Assembly (NCBI RefSeq): GCF_004010195.1
Contig: NC_057750.1
Location: 13,234,463-13,267,392 of the forward strand
Source of the DNA: Chiloscyllium plagiosum
Taxonomy: Eukaryota
Length of the DNA: 32,930 nt
Direction of reading: 5' to 3'
The notes beneath the pieces were generated by a model that was given only the letters and a program-made list of their open reading frames with translations, had not been told where the DNA came from and searched no databases. Shown piece after piece: positions 30,015 to 32,930 of the stretch; positions within the stretch are counted from its first letter, which is position 1; every line of letters starts with the position of its first letter. The translations under genes were made by a program, and so were the position numbers.

Positions 30015-31201
30015 GTGGGGGGAGTGTGGGCTCAGTGCGGAGGGAGAGTGGGCTTAATGTGGGGTGAGTGTGGGCCCAGTGTGGGGGAAGAGTGGGCCCA
30101 GAGCGGGGGAAGAGTGGGCCCAGTGCAGGGAGAGAGTGGGGCCAGTGTGTGGGGAGTGTGTGGGCCCAGTGTGAAGGGGAGAGTGGGCCCAGGTGGGGGG
30201 AGAGTGGGGGCCCAGTGTGGAGGGGAGAGTGGACCCAGTGTGGGGGCAAGANNNNNNNNNNNNNNNNNNNNNNNNNNNNNNNNNNNNNNNNNNNNNNNNN
30301 NNNNNNNNNNNNNNNNNNNNNNNNNNNNNNNNNNNNNNNNNNNNNNNNNNNNNNNNNNNNNNNNNNNNNNNNNNNNNNNNNNNNNNNNNNNNNNNNNNNN
30401 NNNNNNNNNNNNNNNNNNNNNNNNNNNNNNNNNNNNNNNNNNNNNNNNNNNNNNNNNNNNNNNNNNNNNNNNNNNNNNNNNNNNNNNNNNNNNNNNNNNN
30501 NNNNNNNNNNNNNNNNNNNNNNNNNNNNNNNNNNNNNNNNNNNNNNNNNNNNNNNNNNNNNNNNNNNNNNNNNNNNNNNNNNNNNNNNNNNNNNNNNNNN
30601 NNNNNNNNNNNNNNNNNNNNNNNNNNNNNNNNNNNNNNNNNNNNNNNNNNNNNNNNNNNNNNNNNNNNNNNNNNNNNNNNNNNNNNNNNNNNNNNNNNNN
30701 NNNNNNNNNNNNNNNNNNNNNNNNNNNNNNNNNNNNNNNNNNNNNNNNNNNNNNNNNNNNNNNNNNNNNNNNNNNNNNNNNNNNNNNNNNNNNNNNNNNN
30801 NNNNNNNNNNNNNNNNNNNNNNNNNNNNNNNNNNNNNNNNNNNNNNNNNNNNNNNNNNNNNNNNNNNNNNNNNNNNNNNNNNNNNNNNNNNNNNNNNNNN
30901 NNNNNNNNNNNNNNNNNNNNNNNNNNNNNNNNNNNNNNNNNNNNNNNNNNNNNNNNNNNNNNNNNNNNNNNNNNNNNNNNNNNNNNNNNNNNNNNNNNNN
31001 NNNNNNNNNNNNNNNNNNNNNNNNNNNNNNNNNNNNNNNNNNNNNNNNNNNNNNTGTGAGGGGGAGAGTGGGCCCAGTATGTGGGGAGTGTGGGCCCAGT
31101 GTGTGGGGGGAGTGTGGGCCCAGCATGAGGGGGAGTGTGGGCCCAGTTTGGGGGGGGGAGAGTGGGCCCAGTGTGGGGGGAGTGTGGGCCCCGTGTGGGG
31201 G
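30015..31201. repeat. G-rich minisatellite, ~21-23-bp unit, spanning an assembly gap
   Basis: GAGTGTGGGCCCAGTGTGGGG units on both sides of the N run. Confidence 0.92.
30252..31054. other. Assembly gap (N run)
   Basis: 803 N bases. Confidence 1.
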
Positions 31202-31634
31202 AGAAGCCCAGGATGGAGTGAATGCAGGCCCATGGCTATAGAAGGACTGTAATGTTGAACTTCTTATTTCTTTGGTTTCCCATTTTGCACCAAAGTTTTT
31301 ATACCGAGGTACCTGAGATAATGCTGGGAATGGTGACGTTGTATACTTTTCACTGTACTCCTGTGCTTGAATACAAATAATCATAAAATTCGAATTCCAA
31401 TTCCAATTCCAAATCTAATTCTTTAGATGCAATAAAAATAAGATAGAGAGTGTTCTACACTTAATGTGGAGTGTATCGGTGTGAACCCCACAGTGTAGGG
31501 TTAAAGGATGGAGTCAATCACAGCTCTCTAATGTAGGCCCAAGGATTGAGAACGGATGTATGTATTTCTTGTTCACCCTCGTCTCCCCCGTCTCTCTCAT
31601 CCCAGAGTAAAGATGCTCAGGGCTCAGACATCCT

Positions 31635-32285
31635 CAGAGAGAAAAATGTTTCCCCATCTCTGTTTTATTTTTAAATGTTGCCTCCTTGTTCTAGATTCTC
31701 CCACAAGAGGAGACATCCCTTCCACATCCACTCAACCAACCACCATCAGGATCTTACCTGTTTCAATTAAATCACCTCTGACTCTGATACAGGCCCAGCC
31801 TGTCTCATCTTTCCTCATTAGACAATCTCTTCCAGACATTAGCCTCAAATGCGTTAACATCCTTCCATAAGTACGGTGATCTGTGCTGCATGCAATACTC
31901 CGGATGTCATCTCACTAGCGCTCTGGAATATAACTTCCCCTGGTCTTGTATTCAGTTTCCCCTCACAATAAATCAAGACGCAGGTCATCCTGCGATAACA
32001 CACACTTTGTCAACGCAAATTGGCCACAACGCGAATTGGCCACAACGCGATTGATGATTTGTGGATGTTGTTTGGATAACGCGAGCTTGCTGTTGAACGG
32101 GTGAGGTGATTTCCCGTAGCGGTTTCCATTCGCGCGATTTCCTAGAGCGCGAGATCACAGAGGAACACAAGTGTCACATTACAGCAGAACAACCTGCATT
32201 CTATTATCTCTCCCGATTGCTTACTGTGCCCGCCAGTGAACTTTCTGCGTGCCGTGTGACTCCCAGATCCTTCTACATCTCAGAG
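31635..32285 (-). mobile_element. Decayed CR1-type LINE fragment, interrupted at 31981-32196
   Basis: GTTCTAGATTCTCCCACAAGAGGA.ACATCC..TCAATTAAATCACCTCT is the antisense of CR1 ORF2. Confidence 0.6.
31981..32196. mobile_element. Possible Tigger/pogo-like MITE
   Basis: Imperfect terminal inverted repeats: CAGGTCATCCTGCGATAAC versus right end (reverse complement) CAGGTTGTTCTGCTGTAAT. Repeated AACGCGA motifs. A TA TSD is not retained. Confidence 0.5.
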
Positions 32286-32799
32286 CGCTGGGTTCACAGC
32301 CTTGATCGAATGGCGGGGCAGACCCGATGGGCCGAATGGCCTAGAGTCCGCCCCTGACGTTCCCCAGTGAGCCGCGGGGTCCCTGAAATGGAAGCTGTGC
32401 GTCACCACAGCAATTGCGTGCGCTGAGGTTCCCAGTAGCGGCTGGAATTCAGCCCGTCGGCGCTGGGAAAGCTGGACGATATTCCCAGAGGCAGGCTCCT
32501 AATTGGCCATGTCCGGGCTGGCTACCCAATCAGGATGTTACATCCTTTAATGCTCTGAACAAAACCCACCAATCACATGGCAAGACAATAACCTGGGTTC
32601 TTTATTTGAAGATTATTATCGACGAATGATCGATGACTAATTCCCCTGCATCTATCTCTTCCCCACTGCCCACAGACTGGCTATAACACACAGGTCTGAG
32701 ATATTGCACCGTGACTGTAATAGTCTCAGTATTGTTGGGCCAATGAGGAATATTTTTAGTGACTTTCTGCTTTAACTTCTGATTTCCAGAAGTGTTATT

Positions 32800-32930
32800 T
32801 GTTTGTGTGAGGGTGGTTTTGTGTGTCTGAGAGAGAAAGTGTCTCTGAGAGAGAGTCTGTGAGTGAAAGAGAGAGTGTGTGTGTGTGTGAGAGAGAGAGT
32901 GTGTGTGTGAGCGAGAGAGAGAGAGAGTGT
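32800..32930. repeat. Compound (GT)n/(GA)n microsatellite
   Basis: Seen directly in the sequence. Confidence 0.95.

Noticed and set aside
29748..31384. Long ORFs of 288-497 aa
   Set aside because: They stay open only because of the N gap and the stop-poor G-rich repeat.

Overview
Repeat-dense vertebrate genomic DNA, almost certainly from an elasmobranch (shark/ray): it carries several HE1-type tRNA-derived SINEs and HER1/CR1-type LINE 3' ends. It looks intronic or intergenic. I recognise no intact host gene, and nearly all ORFs in the track are transposon fragments, their antisense shadows, tandem repeats or N-gap artefacts. Mobile DNA includes a Penelope-like element (PLE) RT remnant with an inverted segment, CR1/HER1, Rex1/Babar and Tx1 LINE fragments, three SINE families, a probable solo LTR and a Tigger-like MITE. 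There are three minisatellites and two assembly gaps. The most interesting signal is about a dozen short non-coding elements, from about five sequence families, that carry minimal hammerhead-ribozyme (HHR) cores. Some cores are intact, several elements are palindromic, and three have 13-15 bp target-site duplications, consistent with PLE-dependent, retrozyme-like mobilisation. Also noted: an unexplained ~150 bp duplicated sequence, motif-rich promoter-like patches, and weak candidate exons on the minus strand. Family names come from motif recognition, not database searches, and repeat boundaries are approximate.
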